Shown: one piece after another, positions 11,916 through 25,492 of the stretch
Layout of the letters: each line of letters opens with the position of its first letter
Numbering within the stretch: position 1 is the stretch's first letter
NCBI RefSeq assembly: GCF_964213995.1
Contig: NC_135813.1
Coordinates: 60,078,001 to 60,142,000, forward strand
Source: Mustelus asterias
Lineage: Eukaryota
Direction: 5' to 3'
DNA length: 64,000 nucleotides
Notes under the pieces: model-generated
The model's database searches: none
Told to the model about the DNA's origin: nothing
What the model saw: only the letters and a program-made list of their open reading frames with translations
Position numbers and translations under genes: made by a program

Positions 11916-11940
11916 AGGGATCTATCTATGATCTATAATG

Positions 11941-12054
11941 ATTTTCCAAACAATATGATCTAAATCCTGTCATTCATTGAATACAATGAATGAATGACAG
12001 AATTTAGATCATGTTCAATGAATGACAGAATTTAGATCATATTGTTTGGAAAAT
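11941..12054. repeat. 41-bp inverted repeat enclosing an extra direct copy
   Basis: 11941-11981 is the reverse complement of 12014-12054 (1 mismatch). 11989-12012 directly repeats 12017-12040. Confidence 0.92.
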
Positions 12055-12115
12055 AATTATGCGTCAAACAAATCAATTCCCCAACACTACTCAACCTATT
12101 TTATTTTTAAATCAG

Positions 12116-12439
12116 GTCCGCAGGAACCATCTGTCTCCCTCCTCCCATCTTCATCGGATCAAATCACAGGGAAGAACAGGGCGACCCCTGGTGTGTTTGG
12201 TGAGCGGTTTTAAACCGGGAGCGGCGGAGATTGAATGGGCTGTGGATGGCAGCGTCAGAGGGAATGGTGTTGAGACCAGTCGGGTCCAGCAGGAGGCGGA
12301 CAACACGTTCAGTGTCAGCAGTTGTCTGACTCTGTCAACCTTAGAGTGGAACTCACACAAACTTTACTCCTGTCTGGTCAAACACGAGGCTCTAGCAAAC
12401 CCACTTAAAACAACCGTCTCCAGATCCAGCTGTATGTAA
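12116..12439 (+). pseudogene. Constant exon C2 with +1 frameshift
   Basis: Acceptor ends 12115. GCGACCCCTG (12181-12190) versus GCGACCCTG in C1 shifts the frame to a stop at 12213. Also SSY>SSC. Confidence 0.88.
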
Positions 12440-12471
12440 ATTCAGAAACTGTTCTCGGTACAGCTGAGAAT

Positions 12472-13621
12472 AGAACATAGAACATAGAACAGTACAGCAC
12501 AGAACAGGCCCTTCGGCCCACGATGTTGTGCCGAGCTTTATCTGAAACCAAGATCAAGCTATCCCACTCCCTATCATCCTGGTGTGCTCCATGTGCCTAT
12601 CCAATAACCGCTTAAATGTTCCGAAAGTGTCTGACTCCACTATCACTGCAGGCAGTCCATTCCACACCCCAACCACTCTCTGCGTAAAGAACCTACCTCT
12701 GATATTCTTCCTGTATCTCCCACCATGAACCCTATAGTTATGCCCCCTTGTAATAGCTCCATCCACCCGAGGAAAGAATCTTTGAACGTTCACTCAATCT
12801 ATCCCCTTCATCATTTTATAAACCTCTATTAAGTCTCCCCTCAGCCTCCTCCGCTCCAGAGAGAACAGCCCTAGCTCCCTCAACCTTTCCTCATAAGCCC
12901 TACCCTCCAAACCAGGCAGCATCCTGGTAAATCTCCTCTCCACTCTCTCCAATACTTCCACATCCTTCTTATAGTGAGGTGACCAGAACTGCACACAATA
13001 TTCCAAATGTGGTCTCACCAAGGTCCTGTACAGTTGCAGCATAACCCCACGGCTCTTAAACTCCAACCCCCTGTTAATAAAAGCTAACACACTATAGGCC
13101 TTCTTCACAGCTCTATCCACTTGAGTGGCAACCTTTAGAGATCTGTGGATATGGACCCCAAGATCTCTCTGTTCCTCCACAGTCTTCAGAACCCTACCTT
13201 TGACCCTGTAATCCACATTTAAATTAGACCTACCAAAATGAATCACCTCACATTTATCAGGGTTAAACTCCATTTGCCATTTTTCAGCCCAGCTTTGCAT
13301 GCTATCTATGTCTCTTTGCAGCCTACAACAGCCCTCCACCTCATCCACTACTCCACCAATCTTGGTGTCATCAGCAAATTTACTGATCCACCCTTCAGCC
13401 CCCCTCCTCTAAGTCATTAATAAAAATCACAAAGAGCAGAGGACCAAGCACTGATCCCTGTGGCACTCCGCTAGCAACCTGCCTCCAGTCCGAAAATTTT
13501 CCATCCACCACCACCCTCTGTCTTCGATCAGATAGCCAGTTACCTATCCAATCGGCCAACTTTCCCTCTATCCCACACTTCCTTACTTTCATCATAAGCC
13601 GACCATGGGGACCAAACAAAT
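12472..13621 (-). mobile_element. 5'-truncated CR1/HER1-type LINE inserted in the C2 3'UTR
   Basis: RT motifs [36 protein letters not shown]; (GTTCTAT)n tail; GAAT duplicated at 12468-12471 and 13622-13625; empty site in unit 1 at ~3733. Confidence 0.95.
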
Positions 13622-14069
13622 GAATGTTTGTTCATTTCTGTTCATTTCTTTCATGTGACAAAAAGGGTAGAAATTGATCGTCTTTCAGAAATTTAAGAAA
13701 ATGGCCACCGCGGCTGGAGCTTCGGGTTTTAGCTCTTGCTCTTTTAAAAGGGCCTTCGGTCGGAACATTGTCGGTGTTCAGCGAAACCTCGTTGTGTATC
13801 AATTTACCTTTATGAATCCGATAATCGTAATTAAAATGCAACAATCTGGTTTTTGCAATTTAAAAGTCTACTCACAGTTAGACATTTAGATAAAACTGTT
13901 CAATAAAATAATCAAGATCAAATGCAATACGACCCACCGTATCTTTTATTGCTATTTTCAAGATAAGTCAAATTTAACACTTTTTCGGTATTATTCAGCC
14001 TTATGCAACATGTTATATTGAAAAACTTTCTTTGTCAACTTTGAGATGTAAGCTATTGTTCGTACTCCC

Positions 14070-14979
14070 TGTTGGTGGGGTACCCGAGATGACCGGTACT
14101 GCTCAAGCTTTAGACCATGCAAGACTCACGAAGCCAGTATCTCTGTCTTAAAGACGTAACTTTATTTATACCAACGGCCGCCAGGAGTTCATCAAAGAGT
14201 TAAGTAGCTCTGACATAGAGCAGCAAAACCTCTCCAATGAATCTAACATATATAATCAAAAACAAATCTATTATACTTTTTTCCCTTATGAATCATTTCC
14301 GCCTTTCAGTAACTTTAAAACAATCATTTTCAAGATGCACAAATCAACAGTAAAACAAGTCAAATACCTTATCCAACCGCATTCTACCCCTCAGCATAAT
14401 GGTATTTAGTCCGAGAAATCTGGAAGGTTGCCTTGGCTGACTCCACATCCTATTACCTAGGTAACCTAAGACACTTAGCCCAGAGTTCAAATGAGCGTTC
14501 TCACGGGTCCCCTCAAAGTCCACTGTACAACCACACTAACTCGACACCACGTCTGGACACCAGTCTATCTCGTCCGGACAATGAATAAACCTATTCATGA
14601 TATATGATTAGGTGTTTGATATGTTCCTTCCATCCGAAACTTTACTGATAAAACTTGCATATTTCCAAGGCCTAAAATTCTCTCGCAATATGGCTTACCG
14701 AAATGACTTTGATCATGATGCCTTGCGATAAAATGCTGTTCGACTAAAGTGAACAATATTCCTTAAAATCAATAACAATGCATCCAAATAGCAGCAGATA
14801 TGTTTTATAACCATAATCATTCGTTTGAATCAGGTAGTGCATCTCATATGTGTAAATTGCTTCTTGTTAGCTGATAAACTTATTTTAACAGTCATTTAAC
14901 TGAATGCTGCTAGTTCCGTCAGTGCCTTTATGTCTTCTGGTTCAAAAATCTTACCACCCCATTAAGGGCTCCACCTACA
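14070..14979 (-). mobile_element. Solo LTR, ~910 bp
   Basis: TGTTGGTGGGG...CTCCACCTACA (imperfect terminal inverted repeat, TG..CA); degenerate ~5-bp TSD; AATAAA on the minus strand at ~14161. Unit 3 reads CTCCC|TTTCATC without it. Confidence 0.75.
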
Positions 14980-15589
14980 CACTCTTTCATCAAATCTCAG
15001 AATCCCCTTTGTTAGCCCTTATAGTTTTTAAAGCTCGTTGCATCTGCCTTCACTCTATTTCTCTGCTGATTTACACATTAACGTTATCAGGAAAAAAGAC
15101 CCACCGCTGTTACAGAGTCTGGTGAAATACCATTGTCGTTATACTGAAAGGCTCTTTATCAATTATCTTTATGCATCCGATAAGACTAATTAAAATGCAG
15201 CAAATCAAATCAATCAAAACAATATGGTCATTGTAGCTTCAGTTTTGGATCAGTGTAAGAATCTCCAACTAAAGTTGATGAATAAATGAACTGACCTAAG
15301 ATTCAAATGCAATACATTTTATCGTGTCTCTTATTGTTGAAGAAAATATGTCAAATCTAATACTTCATGGGTAATAGTAAGGATCATTTAGTAAACAAGG
15401 CGCAAAGTTATACAGAAACAAATTTCACCACTGTTATAGAGTCAGGTAAAATACTCAAAGTCAGAGAAGTTAACAGCACAGAAAGAGGCCCTTTGGCCCA
15501 TCGTGACTGCACCGGCCATCATGCACCAACCGATTGTAATCCCATTACCATATACTGTATATTCAAAAGAGTTGTAAGATAGGGGTTTT

Positions 15590-16640
15590 GGGGTTTTGAG
15601 AGTTCAACAAAGGAGGACCAAGAAATTCATGAGATCAGAGCAAAGATTTGACTAGCAAGAGTCCTAAAGACAGCTTGTAACTTCATCTAAACATATACAG
15701 ATAAGAAGTGATCAATGGATATAAATGTGCGAAGGTTAGCGGCAAAAACTGATGAAATCATGAGGAATTACGCCAGAGAAACAGTCCGAAGATAATTAGA
15801 AATCAATGGTTGAGCAAGAACGAAGAAGTTAAATAAATTAGTATAAGACAAGAAGTAGTAAATGTGAAAATAATGAGAATAAATCCTGACAAATCCCATG
15901 TGACTGAGGACCTATATCATGTAGTTGAAATGAGGTGACAGCAAGGAGATATTGAAATCAAACTTCCGGAATCCCTTAATTCTGCAACAGTTCTCGAAAG
16001 TTGGAAGGTGGCAAAGTCAATCCTGATATTTACGAAAGGAGGAATAAATAAATTGGGGAATCAGAAGACAGTGAGTCTAGCACCAGGGGCAGGCAAAAAT
16101 CTAGAACCTCGTTATTGGAGGCGTGATAACAGGGCACTTAAAAAGTCAGTTTTTTGAGGGTTTCACTGGAAAGAAGAAGAAGGTGGGATCAGCGGGTTTA
16201 TTAGTATTTTTTACAAGAAACTAAGAATCAGGTACCACAACACACGTTTAATAGGCAAAATTCGTGCACATGAGATTGGGTGCAATATATTAGCCTGAAT
16301 TGAAGCTGGTGAATGGACAGAAAACAGGAAGCAGGAATAAACTGGTCATTATCGCGTTGGCAGCGTTTAGAGAGCAGGGTTTGGACAGGATCAAGACTTG
16401 CATGAAGTTGCAATGTGCAACATATTTATAATATTTTAATTTTCTACGCAGGGAGCTGTGGAATCGCAGTCACTGTGTTTATTCAAGCCGGAAATTTATT
16501 TTGGCTTATTAAGGTAATTATGGAATTTGGGGATAGCGCAGGAAGGTGGTCTTGAGGTAGATGATCTGTTCATGACCTTGCTGAATGGCGCAACAGATTC
16601 GAAGGGCCAAAGATCATCTTCCTGCTCCTATTTCTTATGT
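15590..16640 (+). mobile_element. Old degenerate CR1 LINE remnant shared by all spacers
   Basis: Relic of the W(K)VANVTP.F.KGG region and a TTCCTGCTCCTATTTCTTATG tail. Homologues at ~5020-5660, ~30690-31915 and ~51150-51850. Confidence 0.6.
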
Positions 16641-17808
16641 CCTATTGTTCAGGCTGTCAGTATTCTCTGGTGTTGATTACCGACGAAGGGAATAGGAAGT
16701 AATTTATTTTTTATTCGGCTTGTCCCATGTCGATCAATCACAAGCTGAAGAAGTTTTCTAAAACCAGGTTAAAAACTGTCAGTGCAAGACTTTGACAGAA
16801 ACAATGCAAGGTTTCAATCCATCCTTTGTTGAGCACGTCGCTGCTGATTTTGGCTTCATCACAGATATCCACATTCAATTCTGTTAGCCAATGCGCCGTA
16901 TGACCAAGCACGATTCTGAAGCCTGCAAACCTGCGCTATTTCCTGTGCCAGCTGAAGAACTCTGTCTAGGCACTACTAATGACGGTACAGCTATTTAGCA
17001 ATTAGATTGATGAATTCCATAGGACAAAGAAAATAAAACCTGGTACATTGTTTTCTGGCCACTGAAACTGATTTATAGCAGTTCGACAGAATTGCATTCT
17101 TTAAGCGTGTCAGTCTATTGACTCTGACATCCTTCAGAAGAGACATGAAACAGTGTCTTCCTTTGTATCCCATGTAGATGTGACTTTTATTGAAAGAGCA
17201 GTATAGCACAGGAACAGGCCCTTCGGCCCACCAAGTCTATGCCGATAGAGATGCCTCTCGAATCTAATATTTTCTTGCCTCTACGTGGTCCATATCTCTC
17301 CATTAAATAAAATAAATCCTTGAAATCAATCCATGAAATTATTCGAAAAACAATTTTCCCCTCAATGAACATCACTAGAAATGATTATGCTGTGATGACG
17401 TTTCTGCTTGCGGAAGTTTGATGTGCACAGATTTTCTGCCGTGATCCCTATATCACAACAGTGACTACACTTCAAAACTATTCCATTGACTGTGAAGAGC
17501 CTCAGGACGTCCTGATATCGTGAAAGGCGCCATGTAATTGTAATGAGGAGAATTGTCAGGAGGAGAATTGTCAGGGGAAAGATGAGTTGAGTGGGATTTC
17601 CCGGATCTCCCTTCCAAAGCGCCATTCAATCTTGATCGGCTGAGCCGCTTCCTCTATGTACTACTGCTCCATGATTTCAAATGATAAGTTCGAGGGATGG
17701 TATGGAGTTGTGAGAGAGGAAGCATCCAAAAATATTTTGTTTGCCGTGAAGAAATCGGGGGAAATAAATCCATTATCGCTTCATACTACTGAATGGTCTC
17801 TAAAAAAT

Positions 17809-18146
17809 GGGGCGGCACGGTAGCACAGTGGTTAGCACTGCTGCTTCACAGCTCCAGGGTCCCGGGTTCGATTCTCGGCTCGGGTCACTGTCTGTGTGGA
17901 GTTTGCACATTCTCCTCGTGTCTGCGTGGGTTTCCTCCGGGTGCTCCGGTTTCCTCCCACAGTCCAAAGATGTGCGGGTTAGGTTGATTGGCCAGGTTAA
18001 AAAAATTGCCCCTTAGAGTCCTGGGATGCGTAGGTTAGAGGGATTAGCGGGTAAATATGTGGGGGTAGGGCCTGGGTGGGATTGTGGTCGGTGCAGACTC
18101 GATGGGCCGAATGGCCTCCTTCTGCACTGTAGGGTTTCTATATATA
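17809..18146 (+). mobile_element. Full-length HE1-like tRNA-derived SINE
   Basis: GGCGGCACGGTAGCACAGTGGTTAG, GGGTTCGATTC, and a CR1-type tail GATGGGCCGAATGGCCTCCTTCTGCACTGTAG. Absent at the unit-1 homologous site ~6820. Confidence 0.93.
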
Positions 18147-19093
18147 AAAAAAATAAAGGAAAATGTCCATCGCAATTAAATTCTGGAACCAACAACTTCG
18201 AATTTTCCAGTGCGCCGTTAAGGAATTGACTCCACTTCGAGCAGTTTTTCCGACAATCGTTTCATGGTTTTCAATTCCAGATTGTTTTAATTGCACCAGC
18301 TGTTGTAGCGGGATTCAACCCTTGGCCACAGAACAGCAGCTGAGTTTCTGGATTAATAGTCTGGCGATAATACCACTCGGCCATCGATCCACAGACAGGT
18401 CAAGGGCTTCCAAAAAATCTTAAAGTAGGAAATTGCATGAACTCTGGCAGAAATATCCGAGAAATTGCTGAATACCGGGGAGGTGTCTGGACACGGGACA
18501 TAAGCAGATTTTAATGGTAGAAAAAGTGATTCATGGAAACCCATGTGGTGAGTCTGCCGCCCATTGGGTGGAAAATTGTGGAAACATTTATTAAAGATAA
18601 TATCATCGAGCATCTGTACAGAAAGCAGATCTACAAAGAAAGGACATTAGAGTCATGACCGAGAAGTTATTAACCTAACTTATTATGTTTCTTTGGTAAA
18701 GGGCCATGATAGTTGAAAAGTCTGGTACTTGGATTTCAGAGAGACATTTGATACAGATCCTGCGGAAAGATTAGTACTGGAAGTGAACAATGCAGTCACG
18801 ATTGGAAATATGCTCCAATGGATAGTCTTACAACCACTTGAAGAGAGGTGCACACGACTCCCCTATCATATCTCCCCAGATCTGACCATAACAGACCTTT
18901 TGTTTTTTGGGGTGGAGGGGGGAGAGGCGGATGCGGGGCTGCGTGTGGTCGGGGCTGCATTAAACGAAGATGAAGTTAGCTGTCTGTGCTTAATCATGCA
19001 CGTGTTGTTTTCAAATAACTTAATCTGGCTAGACTCCATGCGTTTAAAACAAGAAAAAATAGTAACTTGCGTGAATATAAAAATCCACCCAGG

Positions 19094-20100
19094 CTGGAGG
19101 CCTGTGACTAGTGGTGTTCCGCAGGGCTCTGTGTTGGGACCTCTGCTGTTTGTGATTTATATAAATGATCTGGAAGAAGGTGTAACTGGGGTGATCAGTA
19201 AGTTTGCGGACGACACAAAATTGGCAGGACTTGCAGATAGTGAGCAGCATTGTCAGAAGCTACAGAAGGATATAGATAGGCTGGACATTTGGGCAAAGAA
19301 ATGGCAGATGGAGTTCAATCCTGATAAATGCGAAGTGATGCATTTTGGTAGAAATAATGTAGGGAGGAGCTATACGATAAATGGCAGAACCATAAAGGGT
19401 GTAGATACGCAGAGGGACCTGGGTGTGCAAGTCCACAGATCCTTGAAAGTGACGTCACAGGTGGAGAAGGTGGCGAAGAAGACATACGGCATGCTTGCCT
19501 TTATAGGACGGGGCATAGAGTATAAGAGTTGGGGTCTGATGTTGCAGATGTATAGAACGTTGGTTCGGCCGCATCTGGAATACTGCGTCCAGTTCTGGTC
19601 GCCACACTACCGGAAGGACGTGGAGGCTTTGGAGAGAGTACAGAGGAGGTTTACCAGGATGTTATCTGGTATGGAGGGGCTTAGTTATGAGGAGAGATTG
19701 GGTAAACTGGGGTTGTTCTCCCTGGAATGACGGAGGATGAGGGGAGACTTAATAGAGGTGTATAAAATTATGAAAGGCATAGATAGGGTGAACGGTGGGA
19801 AGCTTTTCCCCAGGTCGGTGGTGACGTTCACGAGGGGTCATAGGTTCAAGGTGAAGGGGGGGAGGTTTAACACGGATATCAGACGGACATATTTTACACA
19901 GAGGGTGGTGGGGGCCTGGAATGCGCTGCCAGGAAAGGTGGTGGAGGTGGACACACTGGAAACGTTTAAGACTTATCTAGACAGCCATATGAACGGAGTG
20001 GGAATGGAGGGATACAAAAGAATGGTCTAGTTTGGACCAGGGATCGGCGCGGGCTTGGAGGGCCGAAGGGCCTGTTCCTGTGCTGTATTGTTCTTTGTTC
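19094..20100 (+). mobile_element. 5'-truncated CR1/HER1-type LINE
   Basis: [19 protein letters not shown]...FADDTK; one premature stop at 19728; (TTCTTTG) tail; empty site in unit 1 at ~8069. Confidence 0.95.
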
Positions 20101-20624
20101 TAAAGTGGCAGACATATTTCACAAGGTAAATCTCAATTTCGGAATATGCTCACCCACACTGTAAAACACACCGAATTATCAAACTTTGCAGTAGGCAGCT
20201 GTTCCCTTAGCCAAATTAAAAGTCAATGCTATAAGGAAAAGTAAATTAAAAGTTCACTGTGATATGTATTTTACTGGTATCTGTGGCTGTGGCAGATTTT
20301 CTGCATGCTGGTCTTGGGATTCCAGGGATTGAACTTCATATAAAAGTGCATTTCCACAGGGAATTTATTTTAAAATTGTCATCCGTCTTTTTCTAAGGTT
20401 GATGATTTTTGCACCCGCTCTTTCTTTCGATGTATAGTCACTGTCTCTGTACTGTGTTGTTAAACTGTAACAAAGAGAGGATCTTAACTGGGGAGAGAAG
20501 AGGAGCGGCCAGTTCCAGCTAGCAGACTCGAAGCATGAGTGCAGACATCTTTGTGGAGGCAGTTTAAGTCATATTTTCAGTGAATGAATAGCAGGCATTC
20601 CCCAGAATAAGTTCTAACGTGTCT

Positions 20625-20898
20625 CAGTGTTTAGCACTACTGCCTCACAGCACCAGGGATCCCGGTCACTAATTGTGCGGAGTCTACACGTTCTCTCCGT
20701 GTCTGCGTGGGTTTCCTCGGGTGCTCCACTTTCCGTCCACCGTCCCAAAGATGTACTGGTTAGGTGCATTGGCCATTCTAAATTCTACCTCAGTGTACCT
20801 GAATAGGCACCGGAGTATGGCGACTAACGGATTTGCAGAGTGACTTCATTGCAGTGTTAATGTCAGTCTACTTGTGACACTAATAAATAAACTTAAAC
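20625..20898 (+). mobile_element. tRNA-derived SINE (same subfamily as 1303-1579)
   Basis: SINE body CGTGGGTTTCCTC... and tail TGACACTAATAAATAAACTTAAAC. Confidence 0.8.
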
Positions 20899-20910
20899 AA
20901 TCGGATACAG

Positions 20911-22388
20911 TGTGGTAACTATAAGCTGGCATTCACTTATAAATGTATTGAATTGAACAAAGACCAAAGAACAGTACAGCACAGGAAACAGGCCCTTCGG
21001 CCCTCCAAGCCTGTGCCGCTCTTTGGTCCTACAAGACCATTCGTTTGTACCCCTCCATTCCCAGATTGCTCATGTGACTATCCAGGTAAGTCTTAAACGA
21101 TGTCAGCCTGTCTGCCTCCACCACCCTACTTGGCAGCACATTCCAGGCGCCCACATGGAAAAAACTCTGTGTGTAAAAAACGTCGCTCTGATATCTGAGT
21201 TATACTTCGCCCCTCTCACCTTGAGCCCGTGACCCCTCGTGATCGTCACCTCCGACCTGGGAAAAAGCTTCCCACTGTTCACCCTATCTATACACTTCAT
21301 AATTTTGTACACCTCTCTTAGGTCTCCCCTCATTCTCCGTCTTTCCAGGGAGAACAGGCCCAGTTTACACAATCTCTCCTCATAGCTAAGACCCTCCATG
21401 CCAGGCAACATCCTGGTAAACCTTCTCTGCACTCTCTCCAAAGCCTCCACGTCCTTCTGGTAGTGCAGCGACCAGAACTGGACGCAGTATTCCAAATGTG
21501 GCCGAACCAGGGTTCTATACAGCTGCAACATCAGACTCCAGCTTTTATACTCTATACCCCGTCCTATAAAGGCAAGCATACCATATGCCTTCTTCACTAC
21601 CTTCTCCACCTGTGCTGCCATCTTCAAGGATTTGGACTTGCACACCTTGGTCCCTCTGTGTTTCTATACTCTTGATGGTTCTGCCATTTATTGTATAACT
21701 CCCCCCTACATTAGTTCTTCCAAAATGAATCACTTCGCATTTATCTGGATTAAATTCCATCTGCCATATCTCCGTCCAATTTTCCAGCCTATCTATATCC
21801 TGCTGTATTGTCCGACAATGTTCATCGCCATCCGCAAGTCCAGCCATCTTCGTGTCATCCGCAAACTTGCTGATAACACCAGTACACCTTCTTCCAAATC
21901 ATTTATATACATCACAAATAACAGAGGTCCCAGTACAGACCCCTGCGGAACACCACTGGTCACAGACCTCCAGCCGGAAAAAGACCCTTAGACTGCTACC
22001 CTCTGTCTCCTGTGGCCAAGCCAGTTCTCTACCCATCTAGCCACCTCTCCTTGTATCCCATGAGCCTTAACCTTCTTAACCAACCTGCCATGAGGATGTT
22101 GTTCAGGGAGAGGAAAGTCCTGAAATTGTTCAGAAATCGTAAGTCGTATCATTTCTGCGTATACTGTGTGGGTGAGTTTAGTAGTTCCTATATGTCACTG
22201 TCTTAGATCGTTACAGTCCTATTAGTGTATATATGTCGTTTTTATTGTCTTTAATAGTGTTATACTCCGATTGGTCTGTCCACTGTTCTCGTTGGGTCTT
22301 ACACATTATTCCTCACACCGTCCCTGTAAACACATTTATACACGCCCATTTCCCGGTGCTTCAGGTTGGGACACTCTCGCAGATAACA
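20911..22388. mobile_element. Possible short solo LTR split by the CR1 at 20955-22096
   Basis: TGTGGTAAC...GATAACA ends, flanks ACAG/TCAG, ~336 bp after removing the CR1. No homology seen in other spacers. Confidence 0.35.
20955..22096 (-). mobile_element. 5'-truncated CR1/HER1-type LINE (frameshifted)
   Basis: ORFs 21545-21847 and 21103-21645 encode the RT C-terminal half; tail present. Confidence 0.95.
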
Positions 22389-23334
22389 TCAGCCGGGTTC
22401 CTGACAACTGCAGTCAGCTCCAAACTATTGAATTTTTAAGAGCTTGTGCTATTACACCATTAGGCTCTGTGCTTAAACTGCTGTATACATCTTCCTCAAT
22501 GAGGTTTGCCTCGGCTTTTAATGACGGGCGAGTTTGCCCTTGTTAATTTACTGTCTGTAAAAATACTGTAATGCAACTGGCTCCTTACAATGCTTGGTGA
22601 AATCACAGCAATGGAAATCTGAAGTTTAAAAAATAATATTCACCCAGAGGATCCGTTTAGCGACGAGGCTGTCGTGCTGCGTACCACAATTGAAGCTGCT
22701 GCCTTAATGTTTACCACTGCAGGTTTCGGGTCTTCATCTCCCTGCTGCCGTACTCAGCTGTCCACGGAGACAGGCACAAGGAGTATAGGCAAATCGCAGA
22801 AGAGACAGCCCGTTTTAAGTCATAATTTGACGGAACGGCCGATGAAATCCCTTCAGTCCTCCGCCGAGCGCTTTCCAAAGTTCTAAATGAATTTAAAGGA
22901 TTTTAAAAATAATTTTAAACATTTCAATTGTTTTTATGAGTCTTCATACCTTTAACTTAATTTAAATAACGTGGAAAAGCGTTGAATCAAACCAGTAAAA
23001 TACTTACAGTACAATAAATGGTAAAGTACATTTTAGAGAATTGTTACCGTAGCCAAGTAAAAATGAAACATTTAACTGACTTCAGAACATGTTGCAAGGC
23101 AGAATGTGAATTAGAGTAAATTGTTTCATAATTTAATGGATGCAGACCTCAAAATTCGGCTCTGTCAACTTGAAACGAGGCATCGCCGCGTCATCGGTAA
23201 TGGAAGGTTAAAATCGTCCAAGAAAAATCAACACCTCAGTCTGAAAAGAAATTGACAGGCAGTGATTGCAAGTAGCAGCGTGCCATTTAATTACAGGGGA
23301 ACAGTGCCAGTAAAACTATCAATGACTTGGGCGT

Positions 23335-24440
23335 TCTGCCAGGGCATGGATATGAATCCATGATTTTACAAAAGAAATCTTAGTTTGAGTGTTGACAGTT
23401 AAAAGGCAATTGGATGTGCATGTTTCCTCATTTGATAAGGTGTCGAAAAATCCAGTTGTTTGAAGATAGTGCCGCCCTTATCATTACCTGTTTTGTCTAA
23501 TCTTCGTTCGCACAATGTGAACGTTTCAGTTTGTTTTTAGTATCATTACAGTTTTCTCCATTAACTGTACAAAGGGTTTCAGAAGGCAGGGTAGCAAGAA
23601 AGCAAGGTTTTTTCATTTATCTATTGAGAGAATGGTTACTGATAATGCCCGGAGGCACTCTTTGACCTGGGCGGTGTCGCCTTCCTATCTGAGCTCACTG
23701 AGTTGCCCAGGTAACTGTTGGGAACTATTAACGTCAGAGTAACCAGTGCTCAGACTAATGTTGGAACGTACAAACGATATGTCACTGACTGAAACCATGT
23801 ATGAGTGGAATGTTTATTCAGTGTAATAAATATTTATAAACATTTCATTTTGATGGGTTCACAGGTGTCCTTTGGCAGATGAGCTGGCGATGTGGCGAGT
23901 GCTGTAAGAAATTCAATGTCTTGGAAGTTCAGCCTGGGCGTGTATGTGAATCCATACTGTTCGTTATAAAATCTAAATCTGAGGTTAAAAGGTCACGCGA
24001 TATGGACGGTTCCTCATTTAAGAAGGTGTCGTAAAATTCAGCGGTTTGGAGATTGTGCTGACTTGTCATCAAGTGTTATGTCTAATTTTTATCCTCACAG
24101 AGTGGAATTTTCTGTTTGCTTTAGTCTGATCAAAGCTGTCTCGGGTAACTGTAAAACGTGTATCAACATTTGCTTTCAGAACGAACGGTTGCCCAGAATG
24201 CCGGGGCACCATTTGCCCAGGGGCTGTGTTATCCTCCTGAATGACCTCACTGAACAGCGGCGCTTTGTCCGGTAACTGTGGGGGGTCATTAACCTTCAAG
24301 TAGCCAGTGTTCATTCTGCTGTTATAATGGGCAAACGAGATGTCACTAACTGAATGTTTAAACCATGTGTGAGGAGGAAAGTTTATTTCATCCGATTGAT
24401 AATTGCAAATATTTTCCTTTGCTGGATTCACAGTTGTCCT
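23335..24440. repeat. Old ~600-bp tandem duplication within spacer
   Basis: GGGCATGGATATGAATCCAT (23342) vs GGGCGTGTATGTGAATCCAT (23936), and collinear thereafter. Single copy at ~38360-39010. Confidence 0.7.
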
Positions 24441-25492
24441 TGGACATATCAGTAGGCTACGGTGATGAGTCAGTGAAAGAGGTGCTGCTTGGGGAATAGG
24501 GCAGAGAGTTTCAGAGGAACGAGATGTCGAAACTGTGTTGGTGGAAGAAAAGCGAATGGAGTAGGGGGATGTACAATCTGTGTGTGAAAGCAGGTGTAAT
24601 GGTGCAGTGAGTCGTGTTCGTTTTAAACATCCAAGTTTCTGAAAACGGGGCAATGTGTGAATATCAGATCACGACTTTGAGGAACGCCGATGCGATGGCT
24701 TCAGTGGAAGTAAGTGTGACACCGCAGTCCAAACAGCAGGTGGCGAGGATGCTGCAAATTTGCAAATACATGTTCCGGGGAATTCATTAACATATGGGAA
24801 ATGTCAGGTCCAATTTGAGAAGTCAGAAAGTTTAGCGGAATAGGTGGCCCGGAATTTTCTGCCTAAATGCCAGTTTAAGTCGATTATGCCCCGCAGATGC
24901 GCGTCGGAACTACACGCAAGTCCCAGCGCTTGCGCGGTCAAGGAGCGCCAATTTTGAACCTCCGATTGAGGTTTGCAAAGCTGCCGATATTGAAGCGTTG
25001 AGCTGCAATTGCGCCAAAGCCTCCGGCACCTGTGTTAAGTTAGTTTTTGCCCATATTTATTTGCACACTTATTCTTTGGTCTAGCTGCAGTGAGTAGAGG
25101 CAGCAGACATTCCATGGGTGGATTTTTTGTTAAATATTTTAAAAAGATGTTTAACATATTTGGAATACAAGGAAAGTAAGAGGAAGACTTAAAAAATGTT
25201 GTTACCATTTTGTCATGACAATAATTCTAGTAAAAAGTACGTTCCTATATAACAAGGTCGATGTTAGTGTCTGGAATAAATTTCAGCATTTGGATGTTCC
25301 AACATATTTGAAACATTGTCTAACTCTATTGTAAGAGTCTCCCTGATTTAATGTTACAGAATACAGTGCAGATTGAAAATCTGGAGGCATTTTCCAGCTG
25401 GAAAGTTGTGCTTTTTGCTTTATTCTTAACTGAAGTTATTTTTGAGTCTTTGATGCAGGCGCGGAAGAGTGAGTCTATGTGTTAAATCCAAA

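Larger units (their letters stand above)
9456..13907 (+). pseudogene. IgL unit 2: V-less duplicate (J-C intron, C, 3'UTR)
   Basis: From AACCATGAATTCAATTTAACC (9456 = 818) it is collinear with unit 1. No promoter, leader or VJ upstream; spacer sequence abuts directly. Confidence 0.9.

Noticed and set aside
17809-17890. tRNA gene
   Set aside because: Only the tRNA-derived A/B-box head of a SINE; no cloverleaf.
18729-19730. 333-aa ORF as a host gene
   Set aside because: Chance in-frame fusion of spacer sequence to a truncated CR1 RT.
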